This document shows positions 9,790-18,231 of a stretch of DNA of 32,000 nucleotides, one piece after another; positions within the stretch are counted from its first letter, which is position 1, and every line of letters begins with the position of its first letter. A model generated the notes under the pieces. It did no database searches. It was not told where the DNA came from and saw nothing but the letters and a program-made list of their open reading frames with translations. This DNA is from an uncultured Opitutales bacterium. Its GTDB lineage: Bacteria; Verrucomicrobiota; Verrucomicrobiia; Opitutales; Intestinicryptomonadaceae. The position numbers were made by a program, and so were the translations under genes. The stretch covers positions 150,001 to 182,000 of the forward strand of contig CAKUIA010000001.1 in the NCBI GenBank assembly GCA_934660865.1, in the 5' to 3' direction.

Positions 9790-10833
9790 TTATATGGTAT
9801 TGCCCCTAATTAGATAGGTTTCGACCGTTTTGTTCAAGTCGGGGTTCCAGTCTAAAATCTGTTTGCCTACCTGCCTTCCCATATCGTAAAAATCTATGCT
9901 TATGGTGGAAACTCCGCCCTCTATTATGTGCTTCATCGCCATATCGTTGTAGGTAATTATGCCGTAGTCGCGCTTAAGCTTTAGCCCCTCGCTTTGCGAC
10001 ATCTTAATAAGGTGCACCAAGTCGGAATCCTGCACCAAAAACCATAGGGTATTGCGGTGTATGTTTGCGGGCAAAACCTCGTCGTCTACATAGCAGTTAA
10101 AGCCGTTTCTTTTGCAAAATTCGCGGAACATTGCAACGGTTTCCTGCGGGTGGGCATGGTGCGGGTTGTTTACAAACCTAAAGTCGAAGCCCTTGTATTT
10201 TTCCAAATCGGGGGCAAGCTTTTCCATAGCCTTTAAAAAGTTCGTGTCGAAATTCTGTATTATTCTGGAACACGCCTTGTTGGGGAAATCCACGTCTAAA
10301 TCTATAAGTAAAAGCTTTTTTTGGTCTATAGACGACAGCAGCTTTGTTGTCTGCTCGGAGCGCATGGGAATTACCGCATAATATTCGTACTTACCTATTG
10401 CGTTTTCGAGCAAAGTTGTAAAGTTCCTTTCGCTGCGGTTGTGCGAGGCAAAATTAAGGGTGGCCTTGTCGCCTACAACGTCTATTATGCCCCTTGCAAT
10501 GGCGGCCTTGTAGGGCGTGCTTAAAAAGTTGAAAAGCAAAAACACGTTGCGCTTTTTGTCGTAGGTAGACTTAAGCACGAAAAACGACTTGCCCTGGTGC
10601 GCGCCTATAAGCCCCTTTTCCTTTAGCGTGCCGTAGGCCTTTCTTACGGTTTCGCAGGCGATTTTGCAAAAGCGCGCCGTTTTGTTTATCGAGGGCAGAA
10701 CATCGCCCTTTTTAAGCGTGCCCGAAATAACCGAGTCTATAACGACATCGGCAATAACCTGCGGCTTGGGTTTTTCGGATTTGTCGAGCGAGTCTTTAAG
10801 CAGTGCAAGGAAGTTGTCTTTCATACTGTGCAT
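9790..10833 (-). CDS. GntR-family wHTH regulator fused to a LacI/periplasmic-binding-protein-type sugar-binding domain
   Basis: The N-terminus LPSINKTARFCKIACETVRKAYGTLKEKGLI is a GntR-type HTH. The remaining ~260 aa alternate beta/alpha segments like a Peripla_BP sensor domain. An alternative ATG lies at 10824. Confidence 0.7.
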   Translation of the reverse strand: MHSMKDNFLALLKDSLDKSEKPKPQVIADVVIDSVISGTLKKGDVLPSINKTARFCKIACETVRKAYGTLKEKGLIGAHQGKSFFVLKSTYDKKRNVFLLFNFLSTPYKAAIARGIIDVVGDKATLNFASHNRSERNFTTLLENAIGKYEYYAVIPMRSEQTTKLLSSIDQKKLLLIDLDVDFPNKACSRIIQNFDTNFLKAMEKLAPDLEKYKGFDFRFVNNPHHAHPQETVAMFREFCKRNGFNCYVDDEVLPANIHRNTLWFLVQDSDLVHLIKMSQSEGLKLKRDYGIITYNDMAMKHIIEGGVSTISIDFYDMGRQVGKQILDWNPDLNKTVETYLIRGNTI

Positions 10834-10982
10834 TTTAAAATATATTTATACTTAACAATCTTGAAAACTTTACTACTTAACTTTTTTTATTTTGGCAATG
10901 TTATTTTTACGCACGCACAAATAAACTTGTAAAAAGGGCGTTTGCGTCGAGAATTTTTAGGCGAATTTAACAACATAAAAAG

Positions 10983-11633
10983 ATGAAAGCACAAGAAATA
11001 ATAGACAGCGTAAAAAGCAAAAAGCTTATCGCGGTAATTACAATTAACGACGCAAAGAATGCGGTTCCCCTGGCAAAGGCGCTATACAACGGCGGCATTA
11101 GCGCAATAGAGCTTACTTTAAGGACCGACGCTGCGTTGGAATCAATAAAAAGAATACGCGCCGAAGTTCCCGAAATGGTGGTAGCTGCGGGCACGGTTCT
11201 TACCCCCAAGCAGATAGACGAAGTTGTTAAAGCCGGCGCGCACTGGGCGGTTGCCCCCGGGACAAACCCGAGGGTTTTGCAGGCCGCAAAAGACGCGGGG
11301 CTTTTCTTTGCCCCCGGCATTATGACCCCCTCCGACATAGAGGCTGCTTTGGAATTCGGTTGCAGGCTTTTAAAGTTTTTCCCCGCGGGCACAACGGGCG
11401 GCATGAAACACCTAAAGGCAATGAGCGCGCCCTACAACCACTTGGGGCTTTCGTACATTCCCCTTGGCGGCGTAAACACCACAAATTTGGCCGACTTTGT
11501 AAGCGATCCTTTAATTGCCGCAGTTGGCGGTTCCTGGTTGGCAAAGCCCGACCAAATCAAAAACGGCGAATTCGACAAGATTCAAGCCCAAGCCGAAGAA
11601 GCCGCAAAGATTATCGCCTCGGTAAACAAATAG
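10983..11633 (+). CDS. eda: 2-dehydro-3-deoxyphosphogluconate / 4-hydroxy-2-oxoglutarate aldolase
   Basis: LIAVITI, GISAIELTLRT, VAAGTVLT, FAPGIMTPSDI, LKFFPA (Schiff-base Lys context), and IPLGGV. Confidence 0.88.
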   Translation: MKAQEIIDSVKSKKLIAVITINDAKNAVPLAKALYNGGISAIELTLRTDAALESIKRIRAEVPEMVVAAGTVLTPKQIDEVVKAGAHWAVAPGTNPRVLQAAKDAGLFFAPGIMTPSDIEAALEFGCRLLKFFPAGTTGGMKHLKAMSAPYNHLGLSYIPLGGVNTTNLADFVSDPLIAAVGGSWLAKPDQIKNGEFDKIQAQAEEAAKIIASVNK

Positions 11634-11662
11634 TTTTTTAATTTAAAACTTTGCAAAACAAG

Positions 11663-11696
11663 AGAGCCGCTCCATTTCGGAACGGCTCTTTTTATT
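11663..11696. terminator. bidirectional terminator between the convergent eda and BNR genes
   Basis: AGAGCCGCTCC / GGAACGGCTCT (11663-11673 / 11679-11689, one mismatch), loop ATTTC, then TTTTATT. Confidence 0.7.
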
Positions 11697-11731
11697 GCGT
11701 AAATTCAAGTTGCGCTATTTTTTTGCGGTGT

Positions 11732-12955
11732 CTATTTCCTCTTATTTTTTACGTTCCACTTTACAACATACAGCCCCACGCCCTCCGATGTTTTTGTGTA
11801 GAACATTGTAAGCAAAGATCCGTCTTTTAAAAGCGCCGTGCTGGGATACCCCGCATCGCCCTTCGAGCCTTCCAGCGCGCCCGCCAAGCGTATTTCGCCG
11901 CCCCAAGTTTTGCCGAAGTCGCCGCTGATTTTAGCGTAAACGCCCTCTTTTCCCTTGGCGCGTTTTGCGTAGGTGCACAAAATGCCCCTGTCGCCCAAAT
12001 TCAGCAAATGCGGCGGGTAGCCTTCAATGTCTACTTCGTGCGCAAGCGTCCAGGTTCTGCCAAAATCGAAGCTTTCCGACTGCAAAAGTTTTGTGTTGGG
12101 CTTGTCAGAATCGGTCTTGTCCTGCCTGCGCATTTGCGCCAAAAGCATTCCGTTTGAACATTCCACAACGCAGGGTTCGGAAACCGTTTTTTTGTCGGTA
12201 TCTACAAACTTTTTTGCGACGGGAATTTCGCCTATAACATTCCATGTGCGCCCAAAATCTTTTGATTCTTCGGCAAAAACCTTGCCCGTGCTGCGGTCTT
12301 TCCACCATTGTTCGGGGTTTTCGTGCGGGTCTATTGCGCGGTCGCGGCGCTTGCCCACATACAGCAAATTTTTTGTGCTAAGCAAAATTGCGCCGTGCGG
12401 AGCCGAAGTATAGGTTTGCACCGGCCTTGCCCATTTGCGCCCCACGGTATCTACCGAGCGTATCTGCCAGTTGCCGAGGGCGGCTGCCCTCTCCTTTTCG
12501 GTTGTATTTTTAAACACTATTTTAGATTCCTCAAAGCCCTGCCAGCTTGCAACCCTTCTGGAATCCAAGCCCGAGTAAAACGATACCAGCAAATTGCCGT
12601 CGGGCATTTCGCAAACGCCCGCGTCGCGGTCGTCTACAAGCGACGAATAGACCGTTTCGGGGCTGCTCCAAGTTTTGCCAGAATCGTTCGAGCGTATAAG
12701 CTGGATTTTCCCCGAAAAGCACATTTTCGCGTTTCTGTCGCCCGAAAATACCGCTACTAACTCGCCGTTTTGGCGGGCAAGCAGCGTGCTCCACGCCAAA
12801 TACCTGCCCTTTACAAAGCAGGCGGGCTTTATCCATTCAATCTTGGCCGCACCCTGCTCGGTGGGAACATCGGTTATCACAAAATCGTTGTCGGCGGCAA
12901 ACGCCGCAAACGTTGCAAACATTGCAAAAACTGAAAATATTTTTTTAATATTCAT
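11732..12955 (-). CDS. secreted BNR/Asp-box repeat protein (sialidase-superfamily beta-propeller)
   Basis: Signal peptide MNIKKIFSVFAMFATFAAFA. Four Asp-boxes: SNDSGKTW, SKDFGRTW, SFDFGRTW and SGDFGKTW. I could not find a FRIP/RIP motif. Confidence 0.75.
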   Translation of the reverse strand: MNIKKIFSVFAMFATFAAFAADNDFVITDVPTEQGAAKIEWIKPACFVKGRYLAWSTLLARQNGELVAVFSGDRNAKMCFSGKIQLIRSNDSGKTWSSPETVYSSLVDDRDAGVCEMPDGNLLVSFYSGLDSRRVASWQGFEESKIVFKNTTEKERAAALGNWQIRSVDTVGRKWARPVQTYTSAPHGAILLSTKNLLYVGKRRDRAIDPHENPEQWWKDRSTGKVFAEESKDFGRTWNVIGEIPVAKKFVDTDKKTVSEPCVVECSNGMLLAQMRRQDKTDSDKPNTKLLQSESFDFGRTWTLAHEVDIEGYPPHLLNLGDRGILCTYAKRAKGKEGVYAKISGDFGKTWGGEIRLAGALEGSKGDAGYPSTALLKDGSLLTMFYTKTSEGVGLYVVKWNVKNKRK

Positions 12956-12983
12956 AATGTCCGTTTTGTTGAAATTATATAAA

Positions 12984-13157
12984 CTACTTTGCCTTGCGCC
13001 TGAAAAAGCCGCGCTTTGGCTTTTCCGTATTTATGCTGCCCATGCCGTGAACTTTCCTGTATTTGTCGGCAAACACAACCTTTGCTATGCAAAATACGAA
13101 AAATAAAACCACGCAGGTTGTGGAAATTAAAAATGTAAGCCAGCCGCCGAATGTCAT
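12984..13157 (-). CDS. small single-pass membrane protein translationally coupled to the NSS transporter (candidate MetS-like small subunit)
   Basis: The ATG at 13157 overlaps the transporter TGA (ATGA, 13154-13157). The 57-aa product is MTFGGWLTFLISTTCVVLFFVFCIAKVVF plus a basic tail. Confidence 0.55.
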   Translation of the reverse strand: MTFGGWLTFLISTTCVVLFFVFCIAKVVFADKYRKVHGMGSINTEKPKRGFFRRKAK

Positions 13158-14863
13158 TTTCTTAGCCTCCTTGCCCTGTATGCTTTCGAAAACTTTGCAA
13201 TTCCCGCAAAGAACAAATATATAAAGAGCATAATGCAAACGCTCATAACCGCAATCTTGTCGGGGTTTTTGCCTATAATGTCGCTAAAATACGAGCTTTT
13301 GCCCTCGAAGAGTATCTTTACCTCTTTAGAAATCCAAAATATGAAAATTGCGAAAAGCGCAAATGGGGCAAAATACTGCAGAATATAGGCGGTAATCATC
13401 GGCGCTTTCATTAGCGACCCCCTGTTTGCCATTCTTATGCCGCGCTTTGTTCCTATCACATAAACAAAAACCGCCGCCATAATCATCGTCAAAATATATA
13501 TGCAAACCTGCCCCGCCCAAAAGTCGAAAGTATCTAGCGCCTTTAAATTTTTGGAAAAATACGCCACAAAGAACGATGGGAACACGCTAACTGCCAGCAT
13601 TACCCAAACGGCGTGCCTGCGGCCGAAGTTTACGGCTTCGCCGAAAAACGCTATTGCGGGCTGCAACATTGAAAGCGAGCTTGTAACCGCGCCCAAAAAC
13701 AAAAGCGAAAAGAACATAAAGCCGAACAAAGCCCCGCACCATAGCGAAGAAAAAAACACGGGCAAAATCTTAAAGCCCAAGTCGAACAAACTTAGGCAAG
13801 ACCCCAGCGTTGCGCTTACGCCGAAGAACGCAACTGCGGCGGGAACGGTAATCAACCCGCCTATGCAGACTTCGCAAAATTCGTTTGTACTTGCCGCGCT
13901 AACTGCGCCCAAAACAATGTCGTCGTTCTTTTTTATGTAGCTGGCATACGTCATTATCGCGCAAAAGCCCACCGTAAGGCTAAAGAACACCTGGCCTGCG
14001 GCGGCAATCCATATCTGCGGGTTAAGCAGCTGCTTTAAAAGCGAAATTCTTACAACCCTAAATTCGTTCGGATTTTTTGCCGCAACGCTTTCGCCCCGGG
14101 CTATGGCGGGTGTGCCGACAAGCCTTTCGGCTTGCACCCATTCGTTTTTACTCGAATCGAATTTTTCCAGCAAAACCTGCTCGGGGTTCCACATAAAGCC
14201 CAAGCCCGTATTCAGGCTTTGTTCCGGCTTGTTTATGTCGGGCGTGCCCAGGCACATAACCCTTACAACCAAAATAAGCCCCAGCAAAAAAAGCATCGGC
14301 ATTGCGTATTTGCAAAAGAACTCTATACCCTTCGAAACTCCCCTGTATATTATGTAAAAGTTCAGCGCAAAAACTATCAAAAAATACGGCAGCAACTTCT
14401 TAAAGCTGAACGAAAACGCGCCGCCGTCGGCGTTTATGCCCGTAAATTCGTTAAAAAACCCCGCCGATTCCGCTAGGGTTTTAAAGTGCAAATTGTCGAA
14501 CGCAAAGTTTACCGCATAGCCCAAACACCAGGCCTCTATGTATATGTAGTACGAAAATACGATTGTCGTAAGCATTACCGCCAGCACCCCGATGTATTTT
14601 GCGCACTTGTTTTTCCATAGCGAATGGAATATGCCCACGGGCGAATTAAAGCCCAAAAGACCGCCCTCGCGCCCCATTGTCCATTCCACAATCGAAAGGG
14701 GCAAGGCTATGAAGAAAAAGGATATAACATACGCAATCATAAACGACGCGCCGCCGTAGGTTGCAACCTGCCCGGGGAATTTAAGAAAATTGCCCAGGCC
14801 TACGGCGCTGCCTGCAACCGCAAGAATTACGCCTATGTGCGAGCTCCAGTTTTCCCTCTTCAC
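13154..14863 (-). CDS. sodium-dependent transporter, neurotransmitter:sodium symporter (NSS/SNF) family
   Basis: N-terminal signature RENWSSHIGVILAVAGSAVGLGNFLKFP, 569 aa, many TM segments. The start is a GTG at 14863, 4 nt after the cysE stop. No in-frame ATG lies upstream of the conserved motif. Confidence 0.9.
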   Translation of the reverse strand: MKRENWSSHIGVILAVAGSAVGLGNFLKFPGQVATYGGASFMIAYVISFFFIALPLSIVEWTMGREGGLLGFNSPVGIFHSLWKNKCAKYIGVLAVMLTTIVFSYYIYIEAWCLGYAVNFAFDNLHFKTLAESAGFFNEFTGINADGGAFSFSFKKLLPYFLIVFALNFYIIYRGVSKGIEFFCKYAMPMLFLLGLILVVRVMCLGTPDINKPEQSLNTGLGFMWNPEQVLLEKFDSSKNEWVQAERLVGTPAIARGESVAAKNPNEFRVVRISLLKQLLNPQIWIAAAGQVFFSLTVGFCAIMTYASYIKKNDDIVLGAVSAASTNEFCEVCIGGLITVPAAVAFFGVSATLGSCLSLFDLGFKILPVFFSSLWCGALFGFMFFSLLFLGAVTSSLSMLQPAIAFFGEAVNFGRRHAVWVMLAVSVFPSFFVAYFSKNLKALDTFDFWAGQVCIYILTMIMAAVFVYVIGTKRGIRMANRGSLMKAPMITAYILQYFAPFALFAIFIFWISKEVKILFEGKSSYFSDIIGKNPDKIAVMSVCIMLFIYLFFAGIAKFSKAYRARRLRK

Positions 14864-14867
14864 TTTT

Positions 14868-15662
14868 TTACGAAATTTTTTGGTTCATTGTTTTAGATGG
14901 CTCGGCCTCGGCGGCAACGCCAACGGGCTTTGCGGGAACGCCCGCAACGGTGGTATGCGGGGCAACTTCGTCGAGCACAACCGAGCCCGCCCCTATTTTT
15001 GCGCACTTGCCAACTTTAATGTTGCCTATAATTTTTGCGCCTGCGCCTATCAAAACGCCGCTGCCGATTTTCGGGTGGCGGTCGCCCACCTCGTTGCCCG
15101 TGCCGCCCAAAGTTACTTCGTGCAAAATCGAAACGTCGTCTTCTACAACCGATGTTTCGCCCGCCACAAAAGACGTTGCATGGTCTAGCATAATGCCCCT
15201 GCCGAAACGCGCCGCGGGGTGGATGTCTACCGCAAAAACTTCGCTGTTTAGGCTTTGCAGGTAATAGGCCAAATCAATTCTGTTGCACTGCCACAAATAG
15301 TGCGAAACCCTGTAGGTTGTAATCGCCATAAAGCCCTTGTAATACAGCAGGGGCATTATGTAGCTTTTGCAGGCGGGGTCTCGCGTTCTAACGGCCGCCA
15401 AGTCGTCCAAAACGGCCTCCTTAATTTCCGGGGAATTTTCGAAAGCCTCGTTGAAAATCGAATACAAATGGTCGTAGTCCATTGCAAGCGAAACCAGCCT
15501 GCGGGATATTCTCGAGGCTACCGCCTCGAATATGTCGGACTTTTCCAAAATGGTTGAATTTACCAAAGCGCGCAATGCCGGTTCCTTTTCGGCTATGTTT
15601 TTCGCCTCGGTTAAAACGTCGTTCCAAACCGCGCTTTCTATCTCCTTATAATTTTTGCCCAT
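14868..15662 (-). CDS. cysE: serine O-acetyltransferase
   Basis: RTRDPACKSYIMPLLYYKGF (SATase N-domain) plus a hexapeptide-repeat C-terminus (IHPAARFGRGIMLDHATS...GVLIGAGAKIIGNIKVG). The ATG at 15662 is preferred over the TTG at 15782, which would overlap the upstream gene. Confidence 0.9.
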   Translation of the reverse strand: MGKNYKEIESAVWNDVLTEAKNIAEKEPALRALVNSTILEKSDIFEAVASRISRRLVSLAMDYDHLYSIFNEAFENSPEIKEAVLDDLAAVRTRDPACKSYIMPLLYYKGFMAITTYRVSHYLWQCNRIDLAYYLQSLNSEVFAVDIHPAARFGRGIMLDHATSFVAGETSVVEDDVSILHEVTLGGTGNEVGDRHPKIGSGVLIGAGAKIIGNIKVGKCAKIGAGSVVLDEVAPHTTVAGVPAKPVGVAAEAEPSKTMNQKIS

Positions 15663-15664
15663 AG

Positions 15665-16618
15665 TTAAACCAAATTTTGCGGCGTGTTGTTTAAATACAT
15701 TCTTAAATTTTCTTCGGCAATTTTTAAAAGCCTGCGTTTTGCCTGTTTTGTTGCCCAAGCCGTGTGCGCTGTAATGCGGCAATTTTCAACGCCAAGCAAA
15801 ACGTTGCCGTCTTTGGGAGGCTCGGCCGACAAAACGTCTATTCCCGCAAACGCAACCTTGCCCGAATTTAGGGCATTTGCCAGCGCTTTTTCGTCTACAA
15901 GGCCGCCGCGGGCGGTGTTTACAAGCCAAACGCCGTCTTTGCACAAAGCCAAAGTCCGTTCGTTTATAATCTTTTTATTGCTTTCGCACAAGGGACAATG
16001 CAGCGATATTATATCGGCGTTTTTAAAGAGAAAGTCCAGCGAGACAAAGTCGGCGGTGCCGTCGCTCGTATTCGGCATTTTAGAGGGGGCATAGGCCAAA
16101 ACTTTCATATCGAAAGCCTTTGCAATTTTAGCCACTTTTTTGCCTATTGCGCCGTAGCCTATAAGACCAATCGTCTTGCCGGCAAGCTCCTCTAGCGGGG
16201 TTTTTGAAAAGCAAAAATCGGGACTGTTTTGCCATGCGCCGCCCTTTACCGCAGCCGAATTTGTTTCGGTAAAAGTGGCAAAATTAAGCAAATGCGCAAA
16301 TGTGGCCTCGGCTACGCTGTTTGTGCTGTATTGCGGAATGTTGCATACCGCAATGTTCCTTTTTCGGCAATAGGGCAAATCGACATTGTTGCAGCCCGTC
16401 GCCATAACGCCTATGTATTTTAGCTTCGGCAGACAGTCTATCTGCGCTTTGCCCATAACAACTTTATTTACAAGCACACATTCGCAGTCTTTTGCGCGGG
16501 CTACAATCTCTTCAGGCAAAGTTCTGTCGTAAAACGAACATTCGCCCATTTGCCTAATGCCCGACCAATCCAAATATGCGTCCGAAAGCGGAGCGTTGTC
16601 TAATACGGCAATTTTCAT
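15665..16618 (-). CDS. D-isomer-specific 2-hydroxyacid dehydrogenase (glycerate/phosphoglycerate dehydrogenase-like)
   Basis: MKIAVLD start, NAD motif GLIGYGAIGKKVA, then NTARGGLVDEKAL and the H of ITAHTAW. The ATG at 16618 is preferred over the TTG at 16654. Confidence 0.85.
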   Translation of the reverse strand: MKIAVLDNAPLSDAYLDWSGIRQMGECSFYDRTLPEEIVARAKDCECVLVNKVVMGKAQIDCLPKLKYIGVMATGCNNVDLPYCRKRNIAVCNIPQYSTNSVAEATFAHLLNFATFTETNSAAVKGGAWQNSPDFCFSKTPLEELAGKTIGLIGYGAIGKKVAKIAKAFDMKVLAYAPSKMPNTSDGTADFVSLDFLFKNADIISLHCPLCESNKKIINERTLALCKDGVWLVNTARGGLVDEKALANALNSGKVAFAGIDVLSAEPPKDGNVLLGVENCRITAHTAWATKQAKRRLLKIAEENLRMYLNNTPQNLV

Positions 16619-16629
16619 GGCAAATCCCA

Positions 16630-17172
16630 TTAAAACGGGAACATTTCCTTCCAAAACGAGTTGCCCGCCTCTTTTTGTCTTTGTTTTTCGCTTTCGCTAA
16701 GTGGTAATTCGTGCACGGCCTGCGCTTTGTCCTGCAAAGCCTTCATTTGCTCTTGCGAAGAGTTTTTTGCAACCTGTTTCCTTTCGGGCTCTGCGGCATT
16801 TTCCGTTTCGATTTTCGCCGAATCAACCGCGTCTGCATTTGTTTTGTCGATAAGCACAAGCAGGTCCAAATCGGCCTTTTTGCCGGAATTGTCTATGGCC
16901 CTTTTCAAATTTCTGTTTTCGCGCATTAGGGCAAATGTTTGCGAGCGCGCTGCCTTTTCGGCAGCGTCTATTTTCGACTGCGCCAAAGCCGCCTCTTTTT
17001 CGGCCTTGGCAAGCTTTGCCTTAAGGTCTTGGCAGGTTTTTGTCAAAGATTCGGCCTTTTGGGCAAGTGCCTGATTTTGTTTTAGCAGCAAATCGTAGTC
17101 GCCCTGCGCAATGTCGCCGTAAGAACAAACTGTAGCTGCGACAAAAAGCGCGGTTATTGCATAAATTTTCAT
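16630..17172 (-). CDS. secreted coiled-coil protein, unknown function
   Basis: Signal peptide MKIYAITALFVAATVCSYG followed by K/A/E/Q-rich heptad-like sequence. A GTG at 17214 would add MACNAVVFTIVCCD in frame. Confidence 0.6.
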   Translation of the reverse strand: MKIYAITALFVAATVCSYGDIAQGDYDLLLKQNQALAQKAESLTKTCQDLKAKLAKAEKEAALAQSKIDAAEKAARSQTFALMRENRNLKRAIDNSGKKADLDLLVLIDKTNADAVDSAKIETENAAEPERKQVAKNSSQEQMKALQDKAQAVHELPLSESEKQRQKEAGNSFWKEMFPF

Positions 17173-17243
17173 ATCGCAACATACAATAGTAAAAACAACC
17201 GCATTGCAAGCCACTATTTAGGCTAAAAACTTGCAAAAAAAGG

Positions 17244-18050
17244 CTAAAACGGGCAATACAGTTTATGGAAATCTTCGGGGCTGTTTATGTTGCATATTTC
17301 GGGATTGTCGGAGGCTATTATTGCCTTCGAGTAGTCGGGAATGTTTTTTGCCCGCTTTTCGTTGTAGTTGGGGCTTATTGCAACGCCGCTTTCCGGCACA
17401 TAAAGGCAAATGTCTTTGCAGCAATAATAGTTATGAAAACCCAAACTCTTCATAAGGGCGCCTATTTTGCGCTGCGTTTTTTCGTCTAAAAACTTAAACA
17501 TTGCGTAGTTTGCCGCCAAATAAACTGCGTAGTTGCCCCTGTTTTCCCTTTTGTTTAAAATTTTCTTTAAATCCAAAAGTTTTGCGGGCTTTTTAGGTTC
17601 GCAATATCTTACATATACGCAAGTTGCGCTATTTTCGCCGCAGTTTTTGCCGAACGATATGCAAAAATCGCCGTTTTTTTGCAAAAAGCCCGACATAGCT
17701 TTGTACGAAAAATTTTTAAGCTCGCAATAGGGAATGTTTTTAAGGCTAAAGTCTGCGCTAAGCTTTAATTTTTTGGCATAGTATTTTGCAAAAATACCCC
17801 TTACAAAGGCCGTATTAAACAGGCATTTTCTGTGCAAAGTTGCCCCAAACAAATACTTTAAATACGCAAGTTTTTTAAAGGGCGAATTTGCCCCGTCGAA
17901 GCGGAAAGGCTCGAATATTCCGTTTTGCGCAAAACCGCCGCCGTTAAAAAACGCGTCTAAAAACGAAAATTCCGACACGGCAAAAACATCTATAGTTTTT
18001 TCGTATTTGCACTTGGGCGCATTTTGCGCGTTAAAAACCCAGTTTGTCAT
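17244..18050 (-). CDS. hypothetical protein (268 aa, Cys/aromatic-rich, basic)
   Basis: Clean ATG-to-stop ORF with no competing frame. No motif recognised. Confidence 0.6.
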   Translation of the reverse strand: MTNWVFNAQNAPKCKYEKTIDVFAVSEFSFLDAFFNGGGFAQNGIFEPFRFDGANSPFKKLAYLKYLFGATLHRKCLFNTAFVRGIFAKYYAKKLKLSADFSLKNIPYCELKNFSYKAMSGFLQKNGDFCISFGKNCGENSATCVYVRYCEPKKPAKLLDLKKILNKRENRGNYAVYLAANYAMFKFLDEKTQRKIGALMKSLGFHNYYCCKDICLYVPESGVAISPNYNEKRAKNIPDYSKAIIASDNPEICNINSPEDFHKLYCPF

Positions 18051-18231
18051 CTTGCTACCGTTTTATGTTTTGACTTTTAAAATATTCGGTTTCGTTTGTA
18101 GCGCATAAACAAAAACTATTCAAACGTTTTCTGAAATTCTTAAGCATAATTGGCACACAAAAAAAACGGCATAAATTGCATGTAAAAATTTCTTGTTAAG
18201 TTTGCAAAATATGCTTAGGTTCGGCTTTAAT

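Noticed and set aside
14868-16654. Extended N-termini in the ORF track for cysE (to 15782) and the dehydrogenase (to 16654). The same issue affects the esterase (to 8380), the hdeD-like gene (from 20449) and the YhcH-like gene (from 18193).
   Set aside because: All these extensions begin at TTG codons and overlap the upstream gene or promoter. Internal ATGs give N-termini matching the families (MGKNYKEI..., MKIAVLD..., and so on) and yield tidy 2-12 nt intergenic gaps.
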